Origin: an uncultured Dehalococcoidia bacterium | GTDB taxonomy: Bacteria > Chloroflexota > Dehalococcoidia > Lucifugimonadales > UBA1123 | Reading direction: 5' to 3' | DNA length: 64,000 nucleotides | NCBI GenBank assembly: GCA_958296105.1 | Contig: OY282441.1 | Span: forward strand, 954,378-1,018,377 | In this document: positions 55,341 to 64,000 of the stretch, piece by piece | Layout of the letters: each line of letters starts with the position of its first letter | How positions within the stretch are numbered: position 1 is the stretch's first letter | Notes under the pieces: generated by a model | Told to the model about the DNA's origin: nothing | The model's database searches: none | The model's input: only the letters and a program-made list of their open reading frames with translations | Made by a program: the position numbers and the translations under genes

Positions 55341-55577
55341 CTAGTTTCCCAACGCCAAGCCCATAATTCGCGCGAAAGCCAGATCCACGAGGCCGAGGAA
55401 TGCGCCGATTACGGCGGACACGGCTATGACCATGAGGGTTAGGCGCAGGGTCTCCTCTTTGGTGGGCCACGTAACCCTGCGAAGCTCGCCGACGACCTCG
55501 CCTATGGCGCGGACGCTGAACGCTCGGCGCGCAACCTCGCTTCCGACTCGGCGGGTTACGCCGGGGTCTCTTGCCAT
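55341..55577 (-). CDS. secE: Preprotein translocase subunit SecE
   Basis: ELRRVTWPTKEE plus one TM helix. Confidence 0.95.
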   Translation of the reverse strand: MARDPGVTRRVGSEVARRAFSVRAIGEVVGELRRVTWPTKEETLRLTLMVIAVSAVIGAFLGLVDLAFARIMGLALGN

Positions 55578-55579
55578 CT

Positions 55580-55747
55580 CTATCTAACCTCGCGGTGCAG
55601 CACGTGCTTGCGACAGCGCGGGCAGAACTTCATAAGCTCCAGCCTCTGCGGATCGTTGCGGCGATTCTTGCTAGAGTTGTACGTCCTCTCTCTACAGTCG
55701 GTGCATCCGAGAGTTACGAGAATCCGAGCTTCTCCTCGGCGAGCCAT
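55580..55747 (-). CDS. rpmG: 50S ribosomal protein L33 (zinc-ribbon form)
   Basis: Manual translation: [55 protein letters not shown]. Confidence 0.96.
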   Translation of the reverse strand: MARRGEARILVTLGCTDCRERTYNSSKNRRNDPQRLELMKFCPRCRKHVLHREVR

Positions 55748-55918
55748 GCTGTTCCTGCTCCTGTACTGGACCGCGCTCGATCTGTGGCGGGCTGCGGTCT
55801 TGGGTCTGGTCTAAGTCTTGCGGGTTGTCGGCGGCCGGCTGCTGAGACAGGCCGATGCCCTCTCCGACTGAGATGATGACGGAGAGGGCATGGCGGATTG
55901 GCAACCGGGGGGGTGTCC

Positions 55919-57112
55919 CTAGTCCAGTATCTTGGTGATGACTCCGGAGCCGACGGTTCTGCCGCCCTCGCGGACGGCGAATCTGAGCTGTTCATCCAGC
56001 GCCACGGCGGTGTTCAGCTGGATGTTCATTTCGATGTTGTCGCCGGGCATCACCATCTCGACGCCTGACGGCAGCTGGATTTCGCCGGTGACGTCGGTGG
56101 TTCGGATGTAGAACTGCGGCTTGTAGCCGTTGAAGAAGGGGGTGTGTCTGCCGCCCTCCTCCTTGCTCAGGACGTACACCTGCGCTTCGTAGGATTTGTG
56201 CGGGGTCATGCTGCCCGGGGCTGCCAGCACCTGTCCTCGCTCGACGAAGTCGCGGTCGACGCCGCGAAGCAGAACGCCAACGGCGTCTCCCGGCTCGCCC
56301 TCGTCTAGGATCTTGTGGAACATCTCGACGCCGGTTACAACGGTGGTGGATGTATCCTTGATGCCGACGATCTCGATGCTGTCTCCCATCTTGACCATGC
56401 CGCGCTCGACTCGGCCGGTTACGACCGTGCCGCGCCCCTTGATGCTGAACACATCTTCGATGGGCATGAGGAAGTCGAGGTCTCTGGGGCGGTCGGGGAC
56501 GGGGATGTGTTCATCCACTTTGTCCATGAGCTCCCATATGCCGCTGGACCACTCGCCTTCGCGGGAGTCGTCATCGCTTTCGAGCGCGTTGAGGGCGCTG
56601 ACTCGGACGATGGGAACGTCTTCGAAACCGTAGTATTCGAGAAGCTCGGTCATCTCCAGCTCGACTAGCTCCAGAAGCTCCTCGTCGTCCATTTCGTCCA
56701 CCTTGTTGAGGGCGACGACTATGGCGGGGACTTCGACCTGTCGGGCGAGCAGGATATGCTCGCGTGTCTGTGGCATGGGGCCGTCCGGCGCGCTGACGAC
56801 CAGAATGGCGCCGTCCATCTGCGCGGCGCCGGTGATCATGTTCTTGATGTAGTCGGCGTGGCCGGGGCAATCGACATGGGCGTAGTGGCGGGTTTCGGTC
56901 TCGTACTCCACGTGCTGAATGGCGATGGTGACGCCGCGCTCGCGCTCTTCGGGGGCGTTGTCGATGGAGTCGAAGTGTCGGAAGCCTGCCAAGCCGTTGG
57001 AAGCCAACACCTTAGTTATGGCAGACGTCAATGTCGTCTTGCCATGGTCTACGTGACCGATGGTACCCACGTTTACGTGGGGCTTGGTTCTCTCAAACCT
57101 CTGCTTGGCCAT
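55919..57112 (-). CDS. tuf: Elongation factor Tu
   Basis: [24 protein letters not shown] and NKVD. Confidence 0.99.
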   Translation of the reverse strand: MAKQRFERTKPHVNVGTIGHVDHGKTTLTSAITKVLASNGLAGFRHFDSIDNAPEERERGVTIAIQHVEYETETRHYAHVDCPGHADYIKNMITGAAQMDGAILVVSAPDGPMPQTREHILLARQVEVPAIVVALNKVDEMDDEELLELVELEMTELLEYYGFEDVPIVRVSALNALESDDDSREGEWSSGIWELMDKVDEHIPVPDRPRDLDFLMPIEDVFSIKGRGTVVTGRVERGMVKMGDSIEIVGIKDTSTTVVTGVEMFHKILDEGEPGDAVGVLLRGVDRDFVERGQVLAAPGSMTPHKSYEAQVYVLSKEEGGRHTPFFNGYKPQFYIRTTDVTGEIQLPSGVEMVMPGDNIEMNIQLNTAVALDEQLRFAVREGGRTVGSGVITKILD

Positions 57113-57135
57113 TTGATCCTCTATCCTCCGTTGGC

Positions 57136-57211
57136 TGGAGCCCACAAGCAGACTCGAACTGCTGACCTCGTTCTTACCAAGAACGCGCTCTACCTCCTGA
57201 GCTATGTGGGC
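57136..57211 (-). tRNA. tRNA-Thr(GGT)
   Basis: GCCCACATAGCTCAGGAGGTAGAGCGCGTTCTTGGTAAGAACGAGGTCAGCAGTTCGAGTCTGCTTGTGGGCTCCA. Confidence 0.97.
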
Positions 57212-57246
57212 CCGTTTCTGCTGCTTGTATTTGGGAACTCAAGAAG

Positions 57247-57334
57247 TGGTGGACGGGGAGGGATTCGAACCCCCGTAGCCCTTCCGGGCGCCAGATTTAC
57301 AGTCTGGTGGTATTAACCGCTCACCCACCCGTCC
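57247..57334 (-). tRNA. tRNA-Tyr(GTA)
   Basis: GGACGGGTGGGTGAGCGG...CCAGACTGTAAATCTGG, long variable arm, ...TTCGAATCCCTCCCCGTCCACCA. Confidence 0.97.
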
Positions 57335-57418
57335 AGCATTGTCAGAAATTAGTTTAGCATAGCGTCAACTGCCAATCCAAGACTGGTTTGACGCGGGGGA
57401 GACGGGGCGGATTGGGAG

Positions 57419-57492
57419 AGCCCCAGGGGGGATTCGAACCCGCCAACCTCCCGATTACAAGTCGGGTGCGCTGCCAATTGCGCCACTAGGGC
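57419..57492 (-). tRNA. tRNA-Thr(TGT), no encoded CCA
   Basis: GCCCTAGTGGCGCAATTGGCAGCGCACCCGACTTGTAATCGGGAGGTTGGCGGGTTCGAATCCCCCCTGGGGCT. Confidence 0.9.
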
Positions 57493-57695
57493 CCGCGCTG
57501 CCTCCTAGTTAATCTTAAGGCAAGCGCTCGGGGCGGTCAACGGAAATCGCGCGGACACGTCCGGGGACGCGCGGCAAGTGGAGGCAGCGTCCGAAGCCGT
57601 CTATGCGGAAATTGCTCTGACATACGGGGTGAAGTCGTGTGACACTTTCAGCACAGTATGAAAAATTCAAGGCCATACATAAAGGAGGAACAGGT

Positions 57696-58412
57696 ATGGA
57701 TCGCTCGAAGCGCGGCGCGCTCATCACTTTGCTGATGGTCTTGGTCACAATGTCGGCGGCGGCGGTCATGGCGGTTATGTCCGACGATTCGGACGGAGAA
57801 CCGACGTGGGAGGAGTACATCGCCGGCGCTGACCTCCCACCGCCGGCCGGTGGTCTCTATATAGTAGACGATATGTACTGGCTGCTGCCCGACGCGGGAG
57901 AAGCCGCGCGCAGGTCTGACCTGATAGCGCGCGCCGAAGTGACGAGGCGGCTAGACTCGTTCTGGAGTACTCACGACGGGAAGCGCCCCAGGAATCTTAC
58001 GGAAGAGCAGGTGCTGCTGAATCCAAATCTCAATATCTTCACGCCCTACGAGCTTCAGATAAAGAGTGTCCTAAAGGGCGAAGGGCGAAGCAGCGAGATG
58101 ATAACGCTCAACAGAGTCGGGGGGCGCGTTGGAGAGGACATCGTGGCAGTCGAATTCGACGCTTTCTCCTTCACGCCGGGAACGGAGGTGGTCTTGTTCC
58201 TGCGGGACTGCGGCCAAGAGCGCGTCAATCGGTTCAACGACCCAGCCGAGCGCTTTCGGATCATAGACCGATATCAATTGGACAAAGGGGGAGAGCCGCT
58301 AGATCCGAGTGTCACCTACGGCGATCTGGTCAAGACGGTCGAGAGCGAAGGCGCGCTGGAAGCCAAAGGGGGAGGATTCCATGCTGATGACAGGATCACA
58401 CCCGCAACGTGA
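57696..58412 (+). CDS. Hypothetical secreted or membrane-anchored protein
   Basis: AAAGGAGG RBS; N-terminal hydrophobic helix; SDLIARAEV, YELQIKSVLKGE, VGGRVG and GTEVVLFL. Confidence 0.7.
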   Translation: MDRSKRGALITLLMVLVTMSAAAVMAVMSDDSDGEPTWEEYIAGADLPPPAGGLYIVDDMYWLLPDAGEAARRSDLIARAEVTRRLDSFWSTHDGKRPRNLTEEQVLLNPNLNIFTPYELQIKSVLKGEGRSSEMITLNRVGGRVGEDIVAVEFDAFSFTPGTEVVLFLRDCGQERVNRFNDPAERFRIIDRYQLDKGGEPLDPSVTYGDLVKTVESEGALEAKGGGFHADDRITPAT

Positions 58413-58450
58413 GCGGCGCGCGATGCCTGCGCCGCGCGCAGTCAAGCACT

Positions 58451-59632
58451 CTATATCCCCTCCCATTCGCTCAGAGCCGCTCTGTACACATCGCGCAGGG
58501 GCAGGCCGGTTTCCAGCGCTATGCGGCGGCAGTCTTCGTACTCGGGGCCTGCGGATATTGGCTCGCCGTCCAGCAGCTTGAGCTTGAGGGAGATCACGCC
58601 CAGCGGGGTGGCGATCCGGCGGACCTCGCGCTCCGCCTCGTAACGGCTTATCGGGCGTGCGCGCACTCCTAGCGTGGTGGTCTCTCGCATCACGAGATGC
58701 ACGGCGCGCCTTTCGTCGCTCTGGTTCACGATTGCGCTGAGCATGGTAGCGGGGCGGTTCTTCTTCATCTGTATCGGAGTGAACCAGACGTCCCGCGCGC
58801 CCATGTCGAACAGCCGCTCCTGCACGTATCCGAGCAGCTCGCCGGTGGAGTCGTCGAGGTTGGTCTCGATGAGGGTCAGACCTCCGCTCGTCGCTGCCGA
58901 ATCCACCTCGCCCACCCATATGGCGAGCGCGTTGGGGTATTCGGCTAGGTCTCTGGATCCGAGGCCGTATCCGAGCGCGCTCATGTTCATGGGCGGCTGC
59001 CCGAATTCGGCGAGCGTGGTTATGATGGCGGCGCCTGTGGGGGTGACCATTTCGCCGGTGCGCGCGGCGTTTCCCGGCGCCGGAATCAAGGGGGCGCGGG
59101 ACATGGTGAACAGGGCGGACGTGGCGGGGGACGGCACGGGCAACGCGCCATGCGCGCTTCTGAAGACGCCCGATCCCATTGGGAACGGGGATGAGTACAG
59201 ACGCTCGACCCCAAGCGCTTCTAAGCCGACGACGCTTCCCACCACGTCCACGAGTGTATCCAGCGTGCCGAGCTCGTGCAGGTGCAGATGCTCTGCGGCG
59301 GTGCGGTGGACCTGCGCCTCCGCCTCTTCCATGCGGCGGAATATGGCGGTGGAGCGCCGCTTTACGGCTGCGGACAGGTCGGATTCGGCGACGGCGGCGA
59401 TGAAGTCGTCGAAGGCGCGCGTCCTGCGGGCGTGGTCGTCCAGCTCGACGCGCGCGAAGGTTCCCGTGACTCCGGCGCGCTGCGCCTGCTCGCAGGACAG
59501 GGACACGCCGCTGACTCCCAAGCGTTCGATGGCGTCCGTGATCACGTCGAGCGATACGCCCACGTCGAGGATCGCGCCGAGCATCATGTCTCCGCTCGCG
59601 CCGCCTATGCACTGGAGATAGGCGGCGATCAA
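58451..59632 (-). CDS. larC: Nickel pincer cofactor biosynthesis protein LarC
   Basis: GASGDMMLGA, HLHELG, GALPVPSPAT, VTPTGAAI, ETNLDD, MKKNRP and PEYEDC. Confidence 0.93.
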   Translation of the reverse strand: MIAAYLQCIGGASGDMMLGAILDVGVSLDVITDAIERLGVSGVSLSCEQAQRAGVTGTFARVELDDHARRTRAFDDFIAAVAESDLSAAVKRRSTAIFRRMEEAEAQVHRTAAEHLHLHELGTLDTLVDVVGSVVGLEALGVERLYSSPFPMGSGVFRSAHGALPVPSPATSALFTMSRAPLIPAPGNAARTGEMVTPTGAAIITTLAEFGQPPMNMSALGYGLGSRDLAEYPNALAIWVGEVDSAATSGGLTLIETNLDDSTGELLGYVQERLFDMGARDVWFTPIQMKKNRPATMLSAIVNQSDERRAVHLVMRETTTLGVRARPISRYEAEREVRRIATPLGVISLKLKLLDGEPISAGPEYEDCRRIALETGLPLRDVYRAALSEWEGI

Positions 59633-61041
59633 TCCGTCACCCCCGCGCCGATCTCCTGCCTCGATCGGGCGCGTCTCGGCTTGCCCATAGCCGCGCCAAT
59701 CGCGGCGCGGAGTGTAGCGACCGGGAGGGCGCTGACGTCCGAGGGCGGGCGGCGGAGCGACCCTTCGGGAACGAGGCAGGCGCTGAGTCCGAGTCTGCCC
59801 ACCTCCTGCGTCCGCCTCTCGACCTGTGATACGGGGCGCACCTCGCCGCCAAGCCCAAGCTCTCCGATGGCGGCCGTTCCCGTTTCGAGCGGGGCATCTC
59901 GGACGGAGGAGACGATGGCAAGGGCGATGGCGAGGTCGGCGGCGGGTTCTGCGACTCTGACGCCGCCGGTGACGTTGACTATCACATCTTGGCTGGACAG
60001 CGGCAGTCCGGCGCGGCGGGTGAGAATGGCGCAGACGAGCAGAAGGCGGTTGTAGTCCACACCGGACGCCACTCTGCGCGGCGCGGGCAGCAGGGAGGGG
60101 TTGGTGAGCGCCTGCACTTCGACGAGGAGCGACCTAGTACCCTCCACTGTGGGGACGATGATCGAGCCGACAGAGCCGGCGGAGCGCTGGGAGAGCAGGT
60201 GGGCGGATGGGTCCGGCACGTCTCTCATGCCCTGTTCGGTCATCTCGTAGACGCCGACCTCGTTGGTGGAGCCGAAGCGGTTCTTGACCGACCTGAGCAG
60301 GCGAAACGAGCTGACGGGATCGCCTTCGAGGTGCAGCACGACATCCACCACGTGTTCGAGTATGCGCGGGCCGGCGATGTCTCCGCCCTTGGTCACGTGG
60401 CCAGTCATCACGACCGAGCATCCGGAGGACTTCGCCCACTGGGTCAGCCGTCTGGCGCACTCCCTTATCTGCGCGAGGCTTCCGGGTTCGGAGGACATGC
60501 CGCCGTCGAAGACGGTCTGGATCGAATCCACGACCGCGAGCGCGGGGCGGATGGTTTCGAGGTGAGCCAAGATGTCGTCCAAGCCAGTGGACGGGAGCAG
60601 GTACAGGTCTTCGGCGCTTATGCCAAGACGGTCGGCGCGCAACTTGACCTGCGCCGCAGACTCCTCGCCGGTGACGTAGAGGGCGCGGCTGCGGCTGGCG
60701 GCATCGGCGGCTACGGCGAGCAACAGGGTAGATTTGCCTATTCCGGGGTCGCCGGCGACGAGGCTTACAGAGCCGGGGACCATGCCCCCTCCGAGAACGC
60801 GGTTCAGCTCGGGCGATTCGAAGACGAGTCTAGGCTGACGCTCGCTGACTACGTCGCGAAGTCTGATTGCCTCAGCGGGCGCGGAGCCTGCCCACGTGGT
60901 GGCGGTCTTTCGTCCAGCCGAAGGCTCTCGAAACTCGGCGAGTGTGTTCCATTCGCCGCAGTGGGGGCAACGACCCTCCCACCTAGGAGATTCTCCTCCG
61001 CACGTCTCGCAGACGAAGATGGTTTTCGCTTTTCTTGGCAT
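59629..61041 (-). CDS. radA: DNA repair protein RadA/Sms
   Basis: CETCG..CPHC zinc finger, GDPGIGKST and KNRFG. Confidence 0.97.
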   Translation of the reverse strand: MPRKAKTIFVCETCGGESPRWEGRCPHCGEWNTLAEFREPSAGRKTATTWAGSAPAEAIRLRDVVSERQPRLVFESPELNRVLGGGMVPGSVSLVAGDPGIGKSTLLLAVAADAASRSRALYVTGEESAAQVKLRADRLGISAEDLYLLPSTGLDDILAHLETIRPALAVVDSIQTVFDGGMSSEPGSLAQIRECARRLTQWAKSSGCSVVMTGHVTKGGDIAGPRILEHVVDVVLHLEGDPVSSFRLLRSVKNRFGSTNEVGVYEMTEQGMRDVPDPSAHLLSQRSAGSVGSIIVPTVEGTRSLLVEVQALTNPSLLPAPRRVASGVDYNRLLLVCAILTRRAGLPLSSQDVIVNVTGGVRVAEPAADLAIALAIVSSVRDAPLETGTAAIGELGLGGEVRPVSQVERRTQEVGRLGLSACLVPEGSLRRPPSDVSALPVATLRAAIGAAMGKPRRARSRQEIGAGVTD

Positions 61042-61084
61042 GGCTGCCCGGGCGGTGAGGGTTTTCCATCTCTCGATGGGGTTT

Positions 61085-61130
61085 TCACCCTCACCCCAGC
61101 CCTCTCCCAGTCGAGGAAGAGGGGGCAAGG
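61085..61130. repeat. boxC-like palindrome between clpC and radA
   Basis: CACCCTCACCCCAGCCCTCTCCCAGTCGAGGAAGAGGGGG. Confidence 0.7.
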
Positions 61131-61140
61131 GCAATTCGGT

Positions 61141-63615
61141 TTATGTAGCGGATACCACCGAGAAGGGGGATTCGGCTTTCACGGTTAGCTCGCCGCCGTC
61201 TATGTCTATTATGGCGGTGTCGGCTGGGCCTAGGCGGCCTGCGAGGATGGCATCGGAGAGTTTGTCTTCGACGTGATCCTGAATGACGCGGCGCAATGGC
61301 CTTGCGCCGAAGATGGGATCGTAGCCCTTCTCCACGAGCCAATCTTTGGCTTCGTCAGTGACGACGAGGTCGATTCCCTTTTCGATCAGGTTGGAGGTGA
61401 CGTCCTTCAACTCGATTGGGATGATCTGGTGCATGTGTTCGCGGTTGAGCGAGTGGAACACCACGCTTCCATCTATTCTGTTGAGGAACTCCGGTCTGAA
61501 GAAGCGCTTGACCTCGTCGAGGACGTTGGTCTTCATGCGCTGGTAGGCTTCGTCCTCGCTCTGGCCCTGCCCGGATCTAGCGGCGAAGCCGATGGAGCGG
61601 TCCTGTCTGATCAGGTCGGAGCCGATGTTGGACGTCATGGCGACGATGGTGTTGCGGAAGTCCACCTGTCGGCCCTTGGAGTCGGTCAAGTGACCGTCGT
61701 CGAAGATCTGGAGGAGTATGTTGAACACCTCTGGGTGCGCCTTCTCGATCTCGTCGAGAAGTATGACGCAGTATGACTTGCGTCTGACGGCTTCGGTCAG
61801 CTGTCCGCCGTCGTCGTAGCCGATGTAGCCGGGAGGGGCGCCGACCAGCCGAGCGACGGAGTGGCGCTCCATGAACTCGGACATGTCTATTCGGATGAGG
61901 GCGTCCTCGGAGCCGAACAGGAATTCGGCGAGTTTTCGGACGAGCAGCGTCTTGCCCACGCCGGTCGGTCCCAGGAACATGAATATTCCGGTGGGGCGTC
62001 TGGGGTTCTTCAGTCCGGCGCGGGCGCGGCGGACTGCCTTGGACACCAGAGTGATCGGCTCGTGCTGGCCGATGACCTTCTCGTGAAGAACCTCTTCCAT
62101 GTTGATGAGGCGCTCGGTCTCGGTCGCGGCGAGTCTGGTTACGGGGATGGACGTCCACATGCTGACGACTTCGGCGATGTCCTCCTCGGTCACGATCGGC
62201 TTCTCGTCGGATTGCTCGTCCTTCCAGTCCTGCTCCAGCTCGCGGAGCTTGTCGGAGATGCTCGCCTCGCGGTCTCTCAGCTCGGCGGCGAACTCGTACT
62301 GGCGTCCGGCGATGGCTTCGTCTTTCTCTTTTCGGACGCTCTCCAGCATTCTGGTTACTTCCTTGACCGAGAGCGGCGCGGTGGTGAAGTTGATTCTGAC
62401 GCGGGAGGCGGCTTCGTCTATGAGGTCGATGGCTTTGTCGGGAAGGAAGCGGTCTGCGATGTAGCGCGAGGCGAGGGTCGCTGCCTGCTGAAGCGCTTCG
62501 TCGGTGATCTCCAGCCCGTGGTGTTCTTCGTACTGGCCCTTGACGCCTCTGAGAATGTCTACGGTCTCTTCGGTGCTGGGCTCCTCGACCCTGACGGGCT
62601 GGAAGCGGCGTTCCAGGGCGGGGTCGCGCTCGACGTACTTGCGATAGTCGTCGAGCGTGGTTGCGCCGATGGTTTGCAGCTCGCCTCTGGCGAGTGAGGG
62701 TTTGAGGATGTTGGCGGCGTCGACTGCGCCTTCGGCTGCGCCGGCTCCGACCATAGTATGAACTTCGTCTATGAAGAGGACGCAGTTGCCGGAGCTTCGT
62801 ATCTCCTCCACGACCTTCTTGAGGCGCTCTTCGAACTCTCCTCTGTACTTGGTGCCGGCGACCAGCGCGCCCATGTCCAGGGTGACTAGACGCTTGCCCT
62901 GAAGGGTGCTTGGGACATCGTTGTCGGCTATGCGCTGGGCGAGCGCCTCTACGATGGCGGTCTTGCCGACTCCCGGCTCGCCTACCAGCACGGGGTTGTT
63001 CTTGGTGCGGCGGCTGAGTATCTGGGTGACGCGCTGGATCTCTCTGTCGCGTCCGACTGTCGGGTCTAGCTTGGCGTCTCGCGCGGCTTTGGTGAGGTCG
63101 ATGCCGAGCTGGTCCAGGGTGGGGGTGCGCGAGCTGGATCTTCCGCGTCCGCCGCTCTGGGACTGCTGCACGTTCTGGCTGAGGATGCGGCTGGTCTCGG
63201 CGCGTATCTTGTCCAGGGTGACTCCGAGGCTTTCGAGGACGCCGGCGGGGACGCCCTCGCCCTCTCGCATCAGGCCGATCAAGAGGTGTTCGGTGCCTAT
63301 ATAGGTGTGGTTGAGGCGGCGCGCCTCGTCCACTGCCAGCTCGATGACCTTCTTGGCCCTGGGGGTGAGGCCGATCTCGCCGGTGGACGCTCGTTCTCCT
63401 CTGCCGATGATGAACTCGACTGCGGAGCGTACCTTGGGAAGCTCGACTCCGAGGTTTGTCAGCACCTTGGCGGCGACTCCGTCGGTCTCTCGGACAAGGC
63501 CAAGAAGAATATGCTCGGTGCCGATGTAGGTGTGGTTGAACCGTTGAGCTTCTTCTTGGGCAAGGGAGAGGACTCTGCGCGCCCTCTCCGAGAATTTCTC
63601 AAACCGACTGGCCAT
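61141..63615 (-). CDS. clpC: ATP-dependent Clp protease ATP-binding subunit ClpC
   Basis: Clp N repeats, two Walker A motifs ([16 protein letters not shown]), UVR middle domain and IGF loop. Confidence 0.97.
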   Translation of the reverse strand: MASRFEKFSERARRVLSLAQEEAQRFNHTYIGTEHILLGLVRETDGVAAKVLTNLGVELPKVRSAVEFIIGRGERASTGEIGLTPRAKKVIELAVDEARRLNHTYIGTEHLLIGLMREGEGVPAGVLESLGVTLDKIRAETSRILSQNVQQSQSGGRGRSSSRTPTLDQLGIDLTKAARDAKLDPTVGRDREIQRVTQILSRRTKNNPVLVGEPGVGKTAIVEALAQRIADNDVPSTLQGKRLVTLDMGALVAGTKYRGEFEERLKKVVEEIRSSGNCVLFIDEVHTMVGAGAAEGAVDAANILKPSLARGELQTIGATTLDDYRKYVERDPALERRFQPVRVEEPSTEETVDILRGVKGQYEEHHGLEITDEALQQAATLASRYIADRFLPDKAIDLIDEAASRVRINFTTAPLSVKEVTRMLESVRKEKDEAIAGRQYEFAAELRDREASISDKLRELEQDWKDEQSDEKPIVTEEDIAEVVSMWTSIPVTRLAATETERLINMEEVLHEKVIGQHEPITLVSKAVRRARAGLKNPRRPTGIFMFLGPTGVGKTLLVRKLAEFLFGSEDALIRIDMSEFMERHSVARLVGAPPGYIGYDDGGQLTEAVRRKSYCVILLDEIEKAHPEVFNILLQIFDDGHLTDSKGRQVDFRNTIVAMTSNIGSDLIRQDRSIGFAARSGQGQSEDEAYQRMKTNVLDEVKRFFRPEFLNRIDGSVVFHSLNREHMHQIIPIELKDVTSNLIEKGIDLVVTDEAKDWLVEKGYDPIFGARPLRRVIQDHVEDKLSDAILAGRLGPADTAIIDIDGGELTVKAESPFSVVSAT

Positions 63616-63661
63616 TGGAAGGGTCTCCTCTTCGCAAAGTGGGGCGGCGGAAGGCGGGTAG

Positions 63662-64000
63662 TTAGAAGTACCGCTCTTCGGTCGCCTGCTTCAGGCTCAA
63701 TCCCAATCTTCTGCGCTCTGGCTCGATACGCAGCACCTTGACGTAGATCTGCTCGCCTTCCCTCACGACTTCCCGAGGGTGGTTGATCATTCTGGACGAG
63801 AGCTCGGAGATGTGGATGAGTCCCTCTATGGAGTCCTCGACGCGGGCGAACGCGCCGAAGTTGGTGAGCTTGGTGATGGTGGCATTCACGACCTCGCCCA
63901 CGCGCAGGCGCTGGTGAATGGTCTCCCACGGCTCCGGCTGGAGCCTGCGGAGGCTCAGGGCGATCTTCTTGTTTTCGGCATCGACTCTCAGCACGAACAC
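63662..64000 (-). CDS. rpsA: 30S ribosomal protein S1, C-terminal part (5' end beyond window)
   Basis: S1 repeats: KKIALSLRRL..PW, FGAFARV..IEGLIHISEL and RRLGLSLKQ. Confidence 0.9.
   Translation of the reverse strand: MFVLRVDAENKKIALSLRRLQPEPWETIHQRLRVGEVVNATITKLTNFGAFARVEDSIEGLIHISELSSRMINHPREVVREGEQIYVKVLRIEPERRRLGLSLKQATEERYF

Noticed and set aside
61042-61134. N-terminal extension MPLPPLPRLGEGWGEG on RadA
   Set aside because: It is the translation of a boxC-like palindrome. The real start is MPRKAK at 61041.

Overview
GC-rich bacterial chromosomal window. Gene content and order (LLM/F420 oxidoreductase, caa3 oxidase, Ni-SOD, Uma2 paralogs, boxC-like palindromes, tuf-rpmG-secE-nusG-rplKAJL, clpC-radA-larC) suggest Chloroflexota, probably Dehalococcoidia/SAR202-like; this is an inference. 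Most of the window is housekeeping: ctaABCDEFG-sco, infC-rpmI-rplT, moeB-rhodanese, cysS-ispF-ispD-yacL, gatB, a heme/siroheme cluster, ribosomal protein genes and five tRNAs. Two accessory regions stand out. (1) At about 1.3-3.7 kb, a visibly lower-GC island holds a decayed antitoxin, a type I R-M hsdM C-terminal remnant and an intact three-gene cassette: an unknown helical protein, a ThsB-like TIR protein and a TIGR02391/Ymh HEPN-like protein. This is a candidate undescribed anti-phage system. (2) At 11.4-21.6 kb, four tandem GT-C-fold membrane glycosyltransferases sit inside the cytochrome oxidase cluster. All four end in the same ~110-aa domain (six copies) followed by a palindrome, their 5' ends are mosaic, and a G13 tract frameshifts the first gene (possible phase variation). 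Several structured intergenic tandem repeats (about 190, 104, 83, 60 and 32 bp) are also present.
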